This document shows, in pieces, positions 16,485-30,170 of a stretch of 64,000 nt of DNA. Origin of the DNA: the human T2T-CHM13v2.0 reference genome, Homo sapiens. Made by a program: the position numbers and the translations under genes. Under the pieces are notes generated by a model, which saw only the letters and a list, made by a program, of their open reading frames with translations, had not been told where the DNA came from and ran no database searches. The stretch is from NCBI RefSeq assembly GCF_009914755.1, contig NC_060945.1. The stretch is one strand, 5' to 3'. How positions within the stretch are numbered: position 1 is the first letter of the stretch; each line of letters begins with the position of its first letter.

Positions 16485-17629
16485 CAGAGAAACGTCCTCG
16501 CACAGGACCGCGCTGAAAGTGCCCCGAACCAGCCAGGCACGGTACCAGGCGGGATGCTGTGAGGGAGGTGGAAATAAGGTGGAACGCCATCCTTCCGCAT
16601 CCTTCCGCATCCTTCCTACTCGGGCAAACCCTTAGATCTGGGAAAAACGTTCGATAAGCAGCAACCGCAGCCAACATTCTATTTATCCCCTTTATTTCTT
16701 TATCAAGACAAAAATCATTCTCCGGCTCTTCACTGCCAGAACCTGTTCGTTAAATGCACGAATTTTCAAGGTAAATTAGATCCAACTGGCACATTACAAT
16801 CACCTGGATGCTCTTAAATACACCGATGCTCCGCTCCCAACCCAGAGCAGCGTGAGGGGCCACAGCCCTCCCTTTAGCTAAAAGATGAACTTGGGACAGA
16901 TTCCTGCTTGGGACGGGTTCCTGCTCATCTCCCACTCCTGGACCCCGGAAACTCACAGCCTGGTTGCTAAGTCAGATTTAACTCCTTTGTGGACATTGCC
17001 AAAAAAGCTTGAGACGATCCTACAGGTCTCCAGCAGGGAGCACGGGGGTACACGTCATACCCTCAAAGCTGGGTCGGCAAAAAGCCCTTGATGCGTGGCG
17101 AGCTTGCTCTGTTATCCTTACTACGAGAAGCAGAGTGGCATCTTGCTCCTTGGATTTCTAGCATACAGTCCTGTTATGATAGCTAATCGATAAACTGTCT
17201 GGCTTGGAAATGCACGGTCTTCCAGTCTTTCCCTCTGTGTGCGGTCTAATCCCGGTCATGAACACGAAACACAAAAGTTGCTGTTTGTGGTGTGAGCCAC
17301 ACCTTCCTCCCTCACCTCTAAGATGGTGAGAAAAGATAAGCTTATCCGCCCAATTCATCTGACAGGGTTTGGGAGGACCAGATACATGTATAGGTACATG
17401 TTCTGAAGTGTATAATACAAATGCAATCTCCAGGTGGAATTATTTTAAAGGTGTGATTAATTTTACTGTTGATAATATAATTATACAAGGGTGTCATTGT
17501 TTTCAAGGTAACGTTCACATCACAGTGTTTTATTTACAATAGCTAAAATGTAAATGATCTAAATATCCAACATTATCAAATATCAAGTTGAGACCCTCCC
17601 TTTGTTAGCAAGTATTTGAGGACCTATAG

Positions 17630-18352
17630 CGTGTTAGTCTGTTTTTGCATTGCTATAAAGGAATATCTTGGCCAGGCTCAGTGGCCCACACCTGTAATCC
17701 CAGCATTTTGGGAGGCCAAGGTGGGCGGATCACGAGATCAGGAGTTCAAGACCAGCCTGGCCAATATGGTGAAACCCTGTCTCTACTAAAAATACAAAAA
17801 TTAGCTGGGCATGTGGCGCATACCTATAGTCCTAGCTACTTGGCAGGCTGAGGCAGAAGAATCGCTTGAACCCAGAAGGCAGAGGTTGCAGTGAGCCGAG
17901 ATCATGCTACTGCACTCCAGCCTGGGTGACAGAGTGAGACTCTGTCTCAAAAAACAAAAACAAAAAAGAAAAAGAAAAGGAATACTTAAGGCTGGTAATT
18001 TATAATAAAAGAGGTTTAATTGGCTCATGGTTCTGCAGGTTGTACAAGCATGGCTCCAGCGTCTGCCTCTGGTGAGGCCTCAGGAAGCTTCTAATCATGG
18101 CAGATGGCGAAGGGAGAGAAGGTGATGTCACATGGCAAGATCCAGGGTTGCCGGGAGGTTCCAGACTTTTATACAACCAGGTCTCACGTGAACTCACCGA
18201 GCAAGAACTCACTTATCACCTGGGGATGGTGCGAAGCCATTCACGAGAGACCTGCCCCCGTGATCAAATCACCCCCACCAGGCCTCACCTCCAGTACTGA
18301 GAATCACATTTCAACATGAGATTTGGAGGGGGCACACGTCCAAACTCTATCA
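17630..18352 (-). mobile_element. MST-family MaLR LTR interrupted by an Alu
   Basis: gtgttagtctg...ccaaactctatca ends. Confidence 0.8.
17670..17978 (+). mobile_element. AluS in MST LTR
   Basis: TSD aaaggaata. Confidence 0.94.
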
Positions 18353-18700
18353 TTTGGTGTGTCATCCCAAAGGGAATCTTTGTAACCATTAAAAAGTATG
18401 TTATAGGAAGATGCTTAATGATAAGGGGAACTACTCATGATGGATAATAAATGAAGGCAGATAGTACAATAAGGTACAATATGATTCTATTTAAATATGC
18501 ATTTATATATGTGTATAAGTTAGACACGTGTATACATATGAAAATATAGGAGCAATACCCAAATGTTAGCAATGGTTATGTAGAGGCAAACCGGATCTGC
18601 CATATATGGGTGGCTTCTTGTGTCATTTACAGACAGAAGAACAGCTAATATGACAACTAAGTGGGTTTCCCTCCATTTAAATTTATTACTAATTAAATTG

Positions 18701-19033
18701 TGACCAGGTACAATGGCTCATGCCTGTAATCCCAGTACTTTGGGAGGCCAAGGCAGGAGGACTGCTTGAGGCCAGGAGTTTGAGACCAGCCTGGGCAATA
18801 CAGTGAGATAGTTTCACTACAAAGAATCTTTTTAAAATCAGCCAGGCATGGTGGCATTTTCCTAGCTACCTGGGGTGGTGGGGCAGTGAGGGGAGTGGGG
18901 TTGGGGGGAAGTGGAAGGCTGAGGCAGGAGGATCATTTGAGCCCAGGAGTTTGAGGTTACAGTGAGCTATGATCACTCCACTGCACTCCAGCCTGGGTGA
19001 CAGAGTGAGACTCTCTTTAAAAAAAAAAAAAAA
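18701..19033 (+). mobile_element. AluJ with a G-rich insertion
   Basis: Alu arms with an extra G tract at 18870-18910. Confidence 0.9.
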
Positions 19034-19464
19034 GTGTGTGTCTGTGTATAAATGTGTGTGTATATGTATATATAAGCTATAAAAATTTGAACTTACATTA
19101 ATTTTGGAATTTAAAAAACAAAAGAATAATTCAAGCAAATGTACTTCAAAGAATGAAGGACTTTTCAGTTTTACAGCTCTGAAAATCCTCATGTTGCATC
19201 TTGCTTTTCCATTCCTATTTCAAATACTGAACTCCTTTCTAGCTCAGAAAAACAATTATTTTGCCTGTACCTATCTTAGATTCTCTGGCTGGTTCTCTAG
19301 CCCTGTAACTTAGACTAACAAAAGACAAGTTAACAAAAGAAAATATACAGATGTATTAGATAATGGTTTTATGTGAAACGAGATCCTTCATTAGGAAATA
19401 AAGACCTAAAGAAATAGTTAATTCTAAGTATTTTTTTATATATACTAGGTTTGATGAAGAGTAG

Positions 19465-19649
19465 TACCTGGGGTTTGGGGTTTATATGGGTACAGGATAG
19501 CGGGAGGTGGCAGGCCAAATGGCGACATCTGGGTGTGAAAACAGGAATGTCCCCATTTAGGGCTGCAGGTTTCCAGGCCTGGGGGTGGGGCCTTTGCCAG
19601 GGAACTGCCCTCTTCTACCCAGTATTTCCCTGTCTCCTGTCTGTGTATC
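19465..19649 (-). mobile_element. MER52/MER61-like ERV1 LTR fragment
   Basis: - strand TGATAC...GGGAAATACTGGGTAGAAGAGGGC. Confidence 0.65.
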
Positions 19650-20030
19650 AGCTTGTTCAGAAGCCCATCACCTTCTCAGGAAGTTCTTGGAGGAGGAAGA
19701 TAAAACAGCTCTCAGGGAACAGGAATGCTAATGACAGGTGTATATCAGGGGCAGCTCATACACTTGTATCTGCCAGATTATAAGCACCTTTAAGCAGAAA
19801 TCATGCTTATCCATATTATGCCCCCCACCTCTTATGTATAATAGGTGCTCAATAAATGTTACATGGATACGTTTCTCAAATCACCAAGGTAAATTAGATC
19901 TAAATATTTTCAATCCAATTACAAGACAGAGAAGGAAAAAAGGACTAAGTTTCTTGTTAGTCATCAATATTGACCAATAGTTCACTGTTCTACTGGCACA
20001 TTAAAATCACCTGGAGGAAGCTTTTAAATA

Positions 20031-20467
20031 CAGTGGACTCTGGAACAACATAGAAGTTAGGGACAACCCCCCATGCAGTCAAAAATTCATGTGTAACTCT
20101 TGACTTTCCAAAGACTTAACCATTCATAGCCTATTGTTGACCAAAAGACTTACCAATAACATCAAGTCAATTAACACATATTTTGTATGTTATATGTAGT
20201 ATACACTGTATTCTTACAACAGAATAAGCTGAAGAGAAGAAAATGTTATTAGGAAAATAATAAAGAAAGAAAATATATTTACTATTCATTAAGTGGAAGT
20301 GAATTACCATAAAAGTCTTCATCCTTGTCATCTTCATGTTGAGTAGGCTGAGAAGGAGGAGGAAGAGGAGGGGTTAGTCTTGCTGTCTCAGGGGTGACAG
20401 AGACAGAAGAAGATCCACGAATATGTGGATTCACACAGTTCAAACTTGTGTTGTTCAAGGGTTAAGG
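20031..20467 (-). mobile_element. Tigger2a (TcMar-Tigger) inserted in a MER5 remnant
   Basis: Degenerate TIRs (cagtggactctggaacaac / gttgttcaagggt), TA flanks, characteristic internal GAG-rich segment. Confidence 0.82.
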
Positions 20468-20955
20468 TATGATGATGCTCTGATCTCAACCCCAGAGATT
20501 GTGATTTTCTTAGCATGAGGAGGGAGGGTCTTGGCATCAGTATATTTTCAAAGCTACTCAGGCTTGAGCATATACAACTGATGTGTATGATTTCCTAATT
20601 TCACTGTCCCTCAATACCACCAGAAGAAAACATCAGCTACCTGGAAGCCAAATGGAGGCCATGTCATATTCTGAGCATCTGTCTACATGCACATTAAGCT
20701 ATCATGTGCTTCCCTTAGACAAAAGATTGCACCTCTTCTGCAATTGCAGGAAACCCCAAGTGAAAAGGTCCTAATGAGCACAACAGGGAAAGAGCAAGGG
20801 TGGGACCTTCCAGTTACCGAGTCCCTCACTATCTATGCATCACTGCCCGCTCCTTGCTCCTAAAGACCTAGGAGTTCCTCCCACTGCCCCTCCTCTTCAC
20901 CACTGCCACATCCCAAGTGTGGCTATCAGTTATTAGTAGCAGAGACACTGAGTAC

Positions 20956-21051
20956 ATATCTATGGAACTTTATTACTCTTCACTTTATTGCTGTCCCAGA
21001 AAATATCTATGGAAACTTATTTACTCTTCACTTTATTACTGTCCCAGGAAA
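20956..21051. repeat. ~47-bp tandem duplication
   Basis: atatctatggaa...actcttcactttatt(g/a)ctgtcccag x2. Confidence 0.92.
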
Positions 21052-21653
21052 CAAGCATAAACAAGTACCTGTGTATACGTGTGTGCAACTGAAATTTCTA
21101 TGAGGAAACAGGAACTAAAAATAATAACGAACACAGGAAGTAAAAATAGTATCATGAAATCTCAATGTTAAGCCCTTGCCTATGTTTGATTTTGACATTT
21201 TCGTAGATTCTGACCTTTCTTGTAGGCATTTCTGAACCCATTTGCAATTATCTGGGGTAATTCCCTCCAGTTCTTATCATGGAGAGCTACCCTTATCTGC
21301 ATCATAAACAGGTGAAATTCTTCAAATTTTACCCAGTTTCCAGGACTAATGAAAACTCTAGCTCCTTTCAGAACTGGGTTCTTAATTGTTGGTCTCCATC
21401 GAAAAGAGAACAGTGAAGAAAGTTCTTCAGAATCTGTTCCCTTACAGTTTCCTGTGTGGCTCTGGATTTATCTCTTGACTTTACAGAGATTGCTCTTCCT
21501 CTTCTCAGAAGTCTCTGTGTCACCAGAAATCCCTCTCCCAGTGTCTCCATTTGGTCACTGTCTTAGTCTGTTTTGTGCAGCTATAACAGAATACCCGAGA
21601 CTGGGTAATTTATAATGAGCAGAAGTTGAGTGCCTCATGGTTCTGGAGGCTGG

Positions 21654-22520
21654 TGAAGAGAGCAAAGATCACAGGGTGGCCATCAAGCAGACCATCTGGA
21701 GGCAAAATCCCATATCTAAGAAATTCAGAAGTCATTACATTTCTCTATTATCTAAAGCTACATCTGGCACCAGACCTCTTTCCCAAGAATTTGTAAGTAA
21801 CTAGAATTTCTATACATCTCCAGAATGCATGCATGTCGAAACACACTGTGCGACCTTTGCTGACATCAAAGCACCAAAATGTCTACAAATGTAATTATTT
21901 ATAATGACCTGTGTGACTAATATGGTCCAAATTACCCTTAAGCTCCCACTGTAAGGTCCATAAATATCACTAAGGGAAATCCACTGCAGTGCACTCAGTC
22001 CTGTCTTACTGAGGCACCCCACTGCACTCCGCTGCAGCATTCTTTCTATCAAATAATACTTTCCTCTTCAAACCTATACTGCTGTTGGTATATTCTTTTA
22101 CCCCCGTGTATTAGTCTGTTCTTATACTGTTAATAAAGACATACAGGAGACTGGGTAATTTATAAAAGGAAGAGGTTTAATTGACTCACAGTTCCACATG
22201 GCTGGGGAGGCCTCACAATCATGACACAAGGTGAATGAGGAGCAAAGTCACATCTTACTTGGCGGCAGGCAAGAGAGAGCATGTGCAGGGGAACTACGCT
22301 TTGTAAAACCATCAGAACTTGTGAGACTTATTTTCAATCATGAGGACAGCATGGGAAAAATGCACCCCCAAGATTCAATTATCTCCCAGAAGGTTCCTCC
22401 TATGACACATGGGCATTATTACAATTCAAGGTGAGATTTGGGTGGGGAGACAGAGCCAAACCATATCACCCCACAAGCCAACCACTCTCATTGCTGGGGC
22501 TCTGACACCTCACCCAGAGG
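21654..22520 (+). mobile_element. ERV1 LTR (MER84-like) containing a THE1
   Basis: TG start; ctgg flanks; similarity to recalled consensus. Confidence 0.55.
22107..22468 (-). mobile_element. THE1 solo LTR
   Basis: tgtattagtctg...ccatatca; TSD ccccg/cccca. Confidence 0.9.
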
Positions 22521-22644
22521 CTGGAAAGTCCAAGATTGAGGAGCTAGCATCTGGCCAAGGCTTTCTTGCTGCATCATGCCATGGTGCGGAAAAAAGAGAG
22601 GGTGAGAGAAAGACAGAGAGAAAGAGGGAGAAAGAGTAAGAGAT

Positions 22645-23604
22645 TGTGAGGATCCATGGCTGTTAGCTGCCTAAACATTCACTGAGAAATCACTGGCATG
22701 AGGCAGATTGAGGAACGGAAAAAGAGCATACAAATTTATGTAACATGTACACATAGGAGCCTTCAGAATGAAGACCCAAATTTCCAGTGAGTTACAGAAA
22801 TTTATGTACCATTTTTATGTTACAGAAAGAATGGGGGCTTGGATTCTTGTAAAACAGGTTATGGGAGAGGGGAGAAGAGGAATTCTATTGAGCGGCAATA
22901 AGTGATTGCTAGGGAGGATGATTGGGTGGAGAACAGAGATGAAATTGTAAATAGTTTTCTTTGGAATTTAAATGGACTTGGAAACAGCCATTATACTTAT
23001 AAAAGTTCTGCTCTGGTGTGGTCACATCTTAGTTTTCTTTTCTGCAACAGATAATGAGACAACAGGAAGAGAAAGAAAGAGTCATTATTCTCCTTGGTAG
23101 CTCTGTGTATTAGTCTGATTCGTCTGTTCTCAGGCTGCTAATAAAAGACATACCCAAGACTGGGTAATTTATAAAGGAAAGAGGTTTAATGGATTCACGG
23201 TTCCACATGGCTGGAGAGACCTCCCAATCATGGCAGAAGTGAAGGAAGAGAGCAGAGTCACGTCTAACATGGTGGCAGGCAAGAGGGCATGTGCAGGGGA
23301 ACTGCCCTTCATAAACCATCAGATCTCATGAGACTTATTCACTATTGCAAGAACAGCATGGGAAAACCTGCACCCATGATTCAATTACCTCCCACAACAC
23401 ATGGGGATTATGGGAGCTATAATTCAAGATGAGATTTGGGTGGGGACACAGCCAACCTATATCAGTTTGTATCTTAGGCAGATAAAGGAACTTCAGTTTG
23501 TTTGGGAGAGCTCTTGGGGATAGGTGGTCAGAGACCTTGAGGCTTCTTCATTTCAGCATGGCAGAAATGCCATATTGTGAGGTATTGCTTTCTGAGCCCC
23601 AACA
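22645..23604 (-). mobile_element. MER4-group ERV1 LTR (MER39/MER34-like) containing a THE1
   Basis: - strand starts TGTTGGGGCTCAGAAAGCAATACC; TSD agat/agtt. Confidence 0.6.
23106..23464 (-). mobile_element. THE1 solo LTR
   Basis: tgtattagtctg...cctatatca. Confidence 0.88.
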
Positions 23605-23771
23605 AGTTCAAACTTGTAAACTCCAACTAAGCCCCACCTCCAGAGTCTGTTGCATTGGGGATTAATTTTCCAACACATACTTTTTGGGGAACACATTCAA
23701 GTCATAGCAGTCACTAAGATTGTCTTAGTGTGTTGGTGAGTTCGGCCACACGTGAAGCATCTTTACCCATC

Positions 23772-25956
23772 TGCTGTGGTTTGAATGTGCCCCCTTCTCA
23801 AATTCATGTTGAAACTTATATTAGTCCATTTTCATACTGCTATGAAGAAATACCTGAGACTGGGTAATTTATAAAGAAAAAGAGGTTTCATGGACTCACA
23901 GTTCCACATGGCTGGAGAGGCCTCACAATCATGGTGGAAGGCTAAGGAAGAATAGAGGCACATCTTACACGGTGACAGGCAAGAAGGCATGTGCAGGGGA
24001 ACTGCCCTATATAAAACCATCAGATCTCATGAGATTTATTCACTATTATCAGAACAGCACAGGAAAAACCCACCCTCCTGATACAATTACCTCCCACCAG
24101 GTCTCTCCCAAAACATGTAGGAATTATGGGAGCTACAATTCAAGATGAGATTTGGGTGGGAACACAGGCAAACCATATCATTCCACTCCTGGCCCTTCCC
24201 AAATCTCATGTCCTCACATTTCAAAACCAATTGTGCCTTCCCAGCAGTCGTCCAAAGTCTTAACTCATTACAGCATTAACTCAAAAGTCCACATTCCAAA
24301 GTCTCATCTGAGACAAGGCAAGTCCCTTCACTTAAGAGCCTGTAAAATCAAAAGCAAGTTAGTTACTTCCTAGATACAATGAAGGTACAGGCAATGGGTA
24401 AATATACCTGCTCCAAATGGGAGAAACTGCCCAAAACAAAGGGGTTACAGGCCCCATGAAGTCCAAAATCCAATAGGTCAGTCATTAAACCTTAAAGTTC
24501 CAAAATGATCCCTTTTGACTCCATTTCTCACATCCAGGTCATGCTGATGCAAGAGGTGGGCTCCCATGGCCTTGGACAGCTCCACCCCTGTGGCTTTGCA
24601 GGGTATAGCCCACCTCCCAGCTGCTTTCAAGGCCTGGCATTAAGTGTCTGCAGCTTTTCCAGGTACACGGTGCAAGCTGTCAGTTGATCTACCATTCTGG
24701 GGTCTGGAGGATGGTGGCCCCCTTTTCACAGTTTCACTAGGCAGTGCCCCAGTGGGGACTCTGTGTGGGGGCTCCCACCCCACATTTCTCTTCCACACTG
24801 CCCTAGCAGAGGTTCTCCATGAGGGCCCTGCCCCTGCCGGAAACTTCTGCCTGGACATCCAGGTATTTCCATACATCCTCTGAAATCTAGGCAGAAGTTC
24901 CCAAACCTCAATTCTTGACTTCTGTGCACCCGTAGGCTCAACACCACGTGGAAGCTGCCAAGGCTTGGGGTTTGCACCCTCTGAAGCCACAGTCTGAGCT
25001 GTTCCTTGGCCCCTTTTAGCTATGGCTAGACCAGCTAGGACAAAACAGGGCACCAAGTCCCTAGGCTGCACTCAGCAGGGGAGCCCTGGACCTGGCCCAG
25101 AAAACCATTTTTCCCTCCTAGGCCTCAGGCCTGTGATGGGTGGTACTGCTGTGAAGGTCTCTGACATGCTCTGGAGATATTTTCCCCATTGTTTTTTGGT
25201 GATTAACATTCGGCTCCTTGTTACTTATGCAAATTTCTGCAACAGGCTTGAATTTCTCCCTAGAAAATGCATTTTTCTTTTCTGTTGCCTCATTAGGCTG
25301 CAAATTTTCCAAATGTTTATGCTCTGCTTCCTCTTGAATGCTTTGCCACTTAGTAATTTCTTCCGCCAGATATCCTAAATCATCTCTCTCTAGTTCAAAG
25401 TTCCACAGATCTCTAGGGCTGTAGCAAAATGCTGCCAGTCTCTTTGCTAAAGTATAACAAGAGTCACCTTTGCTCCAGTTCTCAACAAGTTCCACATCTC
25501 CATCTGAAACCACCTCAGCCTAGACTTTATGGTCCATATCACTGTCAGCATTTTGGTCAAGGCCATTCAACAAGTTTCTAGGAAGTTCCAAACTTTCCCA
25601 CATCTTTCTGTCTTCTGAGCCCTCCAAATCCCTAGGAAGTTCCAAACTTTCCCACATTTTTCTATTTTCTGAGCCCTCCAAACTGTTCCAACCTCTGCTT
25701 GTTACCCATTTCCTTTCTTACTCTTCCCCTCTGTATTGAGACTTCATCTCAAAAAAACAAAACAAAAAAACAGTGTGTATCACTTCTCCTTTTGCTCTCT
25801 TCCTCCTGCTCCAGCTGGCTTCCCCTTTGCCTTCCACCATGATTGTCCATGCTTCCTGTACAGCCTGTGAAACTGTGAGCCAATTAAGCCTCTTTTCTTT
25901 ATAAATTACCCAATCTCACGTAGTTCTTTATAGCAATGTGAGAATGGACTAATACA
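23772..25956 (+). mobile_element. MST-family LTR split by the THE1 element
   Basis: 5' tgctgtggtttgaatgtg and 3' ...ggactaataca. Confidence 0.65.
23817..25711 (-). mobile_element. THE1 3' LTR (23817-24180) plus THE1-int; 5' LTR missing
   Basis: MaLR-int ORF remnant VSDGDVELVENWSKGDSCYTLAKRLAAFC...WNFELERDDLGYLAEEI. Confidence 0.9.
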
Positions 25957-26374
25957 ATTAATAAAACATTTCAGAGTCATTTCAGAATCTAACCAATGAC
26001 TTGGACTTTTCCAGCTTGAGATGCCAGCTTTCCTCTTGCCTCCCCAAGACAATTTTATTTTTGCCATGTCAAAATTTCTTAAACATAGTATCTACCAAGG
26101 TACAATAGGAACATTTCCTTGTAGAAAGCATGACCATTTCTTAACTTATAAAAACAAGCTCCATGGCAGAGAGGGATCCCCTCTGAGGCCCCACCACATG
26201 GCAGTGGCAGCCTGGGATCCCACTCCCGGGATTAGTGATATTGCTGGAGTCTGTAGATCTGAAACATAAGAATTATCCTGGACAAGCTGTCTTCATAAGA
26301 GAGCTCTTAATAAATAAAAATCAGACCAACTTTTCTGGGCTATTACAGAAAAATGAGCAAAAGAAAATAACAAC

Positions 26375-27248
<874 letters not shown>

Positions 27249-27729
27249 GGCAATTACAAGTTTTAAAACTCAAATATAATTTTTTAAGAGAATTTCAAGA
27301 TCAACTGCTTAAGAAAGAGCAGTATCAATAAAACTCTGGTAGAATTCTCAAGTGTGTTCCTTATAAAAATTGAGTGAATAATATAATTTTAAGTAAAACA
27401 AATTGTGTATGCCCTGAACAAGATTAAGAAAAATTAAAAAAAAATGAAACAGTTGATGGAATTTCATGTGTATTTGTACTATAGATTTTTTTCTGGTGTG
27501 CAGAGTTATAGGAGAAATCTGAAATTCAACCAGAAAAAAATATTTTAGTAAATTTTTCCTATCTTAGCTAAGATATAGATTATGGGTTTTAATTCTTTTT
27601 TAATTCCCAAACTGGGGTACTTCAGACTCAGCTATCTGAACATGAATTATTGAGTAATACAGCAGTGACACAGGGCTCACCCACAAATTGCTAGTTTGAT
27701 TACAGCTTCCATATTTGCTTTAAAAATCA

Positions 27730-28073
<344 letters not shown>

Positions 28074-28769
28074 TTATTTAAAATTCAATATGAAAATGTT
28101 TATTTTTATTCTAATCACTTAGATCACTTTTAAGTCTAGATTAACTTTTATATATTTAACAGGGCGGTGAATAACTTTACAAGTGGATACAAAACTGTAA
28201 TTAGAATAAAGGCATTTTCCAGCTTGTTCTCTACAAATGCCAATTTTCACTTGATTTGTCAAAACCAGAGCTAGAAGCTTCCAAAGCGAACTTGGCACCA
28301 TCTCATCATCTCAGAACACTGAGAACATTGAGGCCCTGCAGCTTTGTCGATGTGGGCTGCGGGAGGGAGAGAGAGACACAGCAGGTGGTGACCACTAATT
28401 GGTCACAATGATAAAGTAGGTATTATTATCCCCACTGCAGAGGTGCAGAAAGAGACACAGAAGCATTGGTGTTTTGCCCAGGTTCACACAGCTGGTCAAC
28501 AGAAATGTCAAGGTTCAAGCACACAGGGGGCCCACCCCAAAGCCCATGCACTTCCTCTCCATTCAGACGCCCTGTTCTCAATACAGAGGGGAAGAGTGAG
28601 AAAGCCTGGACTGCCCTCGACAATAACTCTGACTTCTCTGTAAAAATTTCCAATTTCTTCTCAGAAACTCCCTAAGATAATTTTGAAAATATATTCCTTC
28701 TGACAGCTAAATGTCATAATAAATGTTTTTATTACCAATTTAAGTAGTTTCAAAGGATGCTATGTCTGG

Positions 28770-29250
28770 CTATGGTAGATTACTGCAGTAATGGTCCCTA
28801 AGGAGTCACACTTCCCTGGATCCATGACCCTGGAGAGTTCCTTCCCAACTGGACACACGGCTTGCTTTTGCCAAGGGTTATGAAAAGGTGAATCAGGAAG
28901 AAGCCTGAAAATCACTTGTGTTCTGGGGCTTGCTCCTGCTACTCTTTGGAACCTGCAGTCACCATGTAAGGAAGCCTATGCTAGTCTACCGGTGGAAGAG
29001 AGACCACGTGAAGCTCTCCTGGCTGAGGTTCCTAGACCAAGCAGCCTTCCAACTGACACATACGTGAGGCCACAGGGTGTGAGAACATGCAGCCCCAGCT
29101 GAGCTGAACCGCCAGCTGACCACGGAGCTCCACCAACCCAGCCAAGTCCAGAACTACCCAGCTAAACCCCCAGATTCATGAACAGCATAAGTGCTTGTTG
29201 TATTAAGCCACTAAGCCTTAGGGTGCTTTTGTTACCTAGCAATTGATACA
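28770..29250 (+). mobile_element. Old MLT1-type MaLR LTR
   Basis: 3' motif ttgtattaagccactaag...ttgttacctagcaat. Confidence 0.55.
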
Positions 29251-29608
29251 CTTACATATTATAAAATTTGATATTTTCAAATAAAACTATTATGTCAGTT
29301 TTAATGTATCCAGTGTATCCAAAATCCCAAATCAATTTAATGCTCATCATCCATTCAAAGGATACATTTAAAAACTCAAAAATTTCACATCATTCCTTTT
29401 TTCTTTTAGCCCCATTTTCTAATATCCTATTATATCCTATTACCCTATCAAACTTCTCTAGAACAAAGATCTAGATAAATGTCTATGTTAAAAGTTTTGG
29501 CATTTCCTATGACCATAAAGCTCCAACTATTTTTTTAAAAAATCACTTATGGATTGTGTTATCACTGCAATTATTATTGGTAGACGATTGACCAATATAA
29601 AAATATAT

Positions 29609-29911
<303 letters not shown>

Positions 29912-29936
29912 GTGTATGTATATATATATATATATT

Positions 29937-30063
29937 TTAGTAAAAGGTACCAAGGTTTATTTCAAGTGAATGACACTCCATCCCTACCTTGACTTTCTAT
30001 CCATTCCCCAAACTAAACAACTCTGTTCCTGGAGCCATTACCACTTTCCCATCTGCTGGAGTT

Positions 30064-30096
<33 letters not shown>

Positions 30097-30107
30097 TTTA
30101 TATATGG

Positions 30108-30170
<63 letters not shown>

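Larger units (their letters stand above)
21559..23709 (-). mobile_element. MST/MLT1A-type MaLR LTR split by nested ERV1 and THE1 LTRs
   Basis: TSD GTCAC at 21554-21558 and 23710-23714 brackets the whole nest. Confidence 0.8.

Noticed and set aside
24640-25513. 143- and 131-aa ORFs resembling 'uncharacterised proteins'
   Set aside because: Broken remnants of the MaLR/THE1 internal ORF
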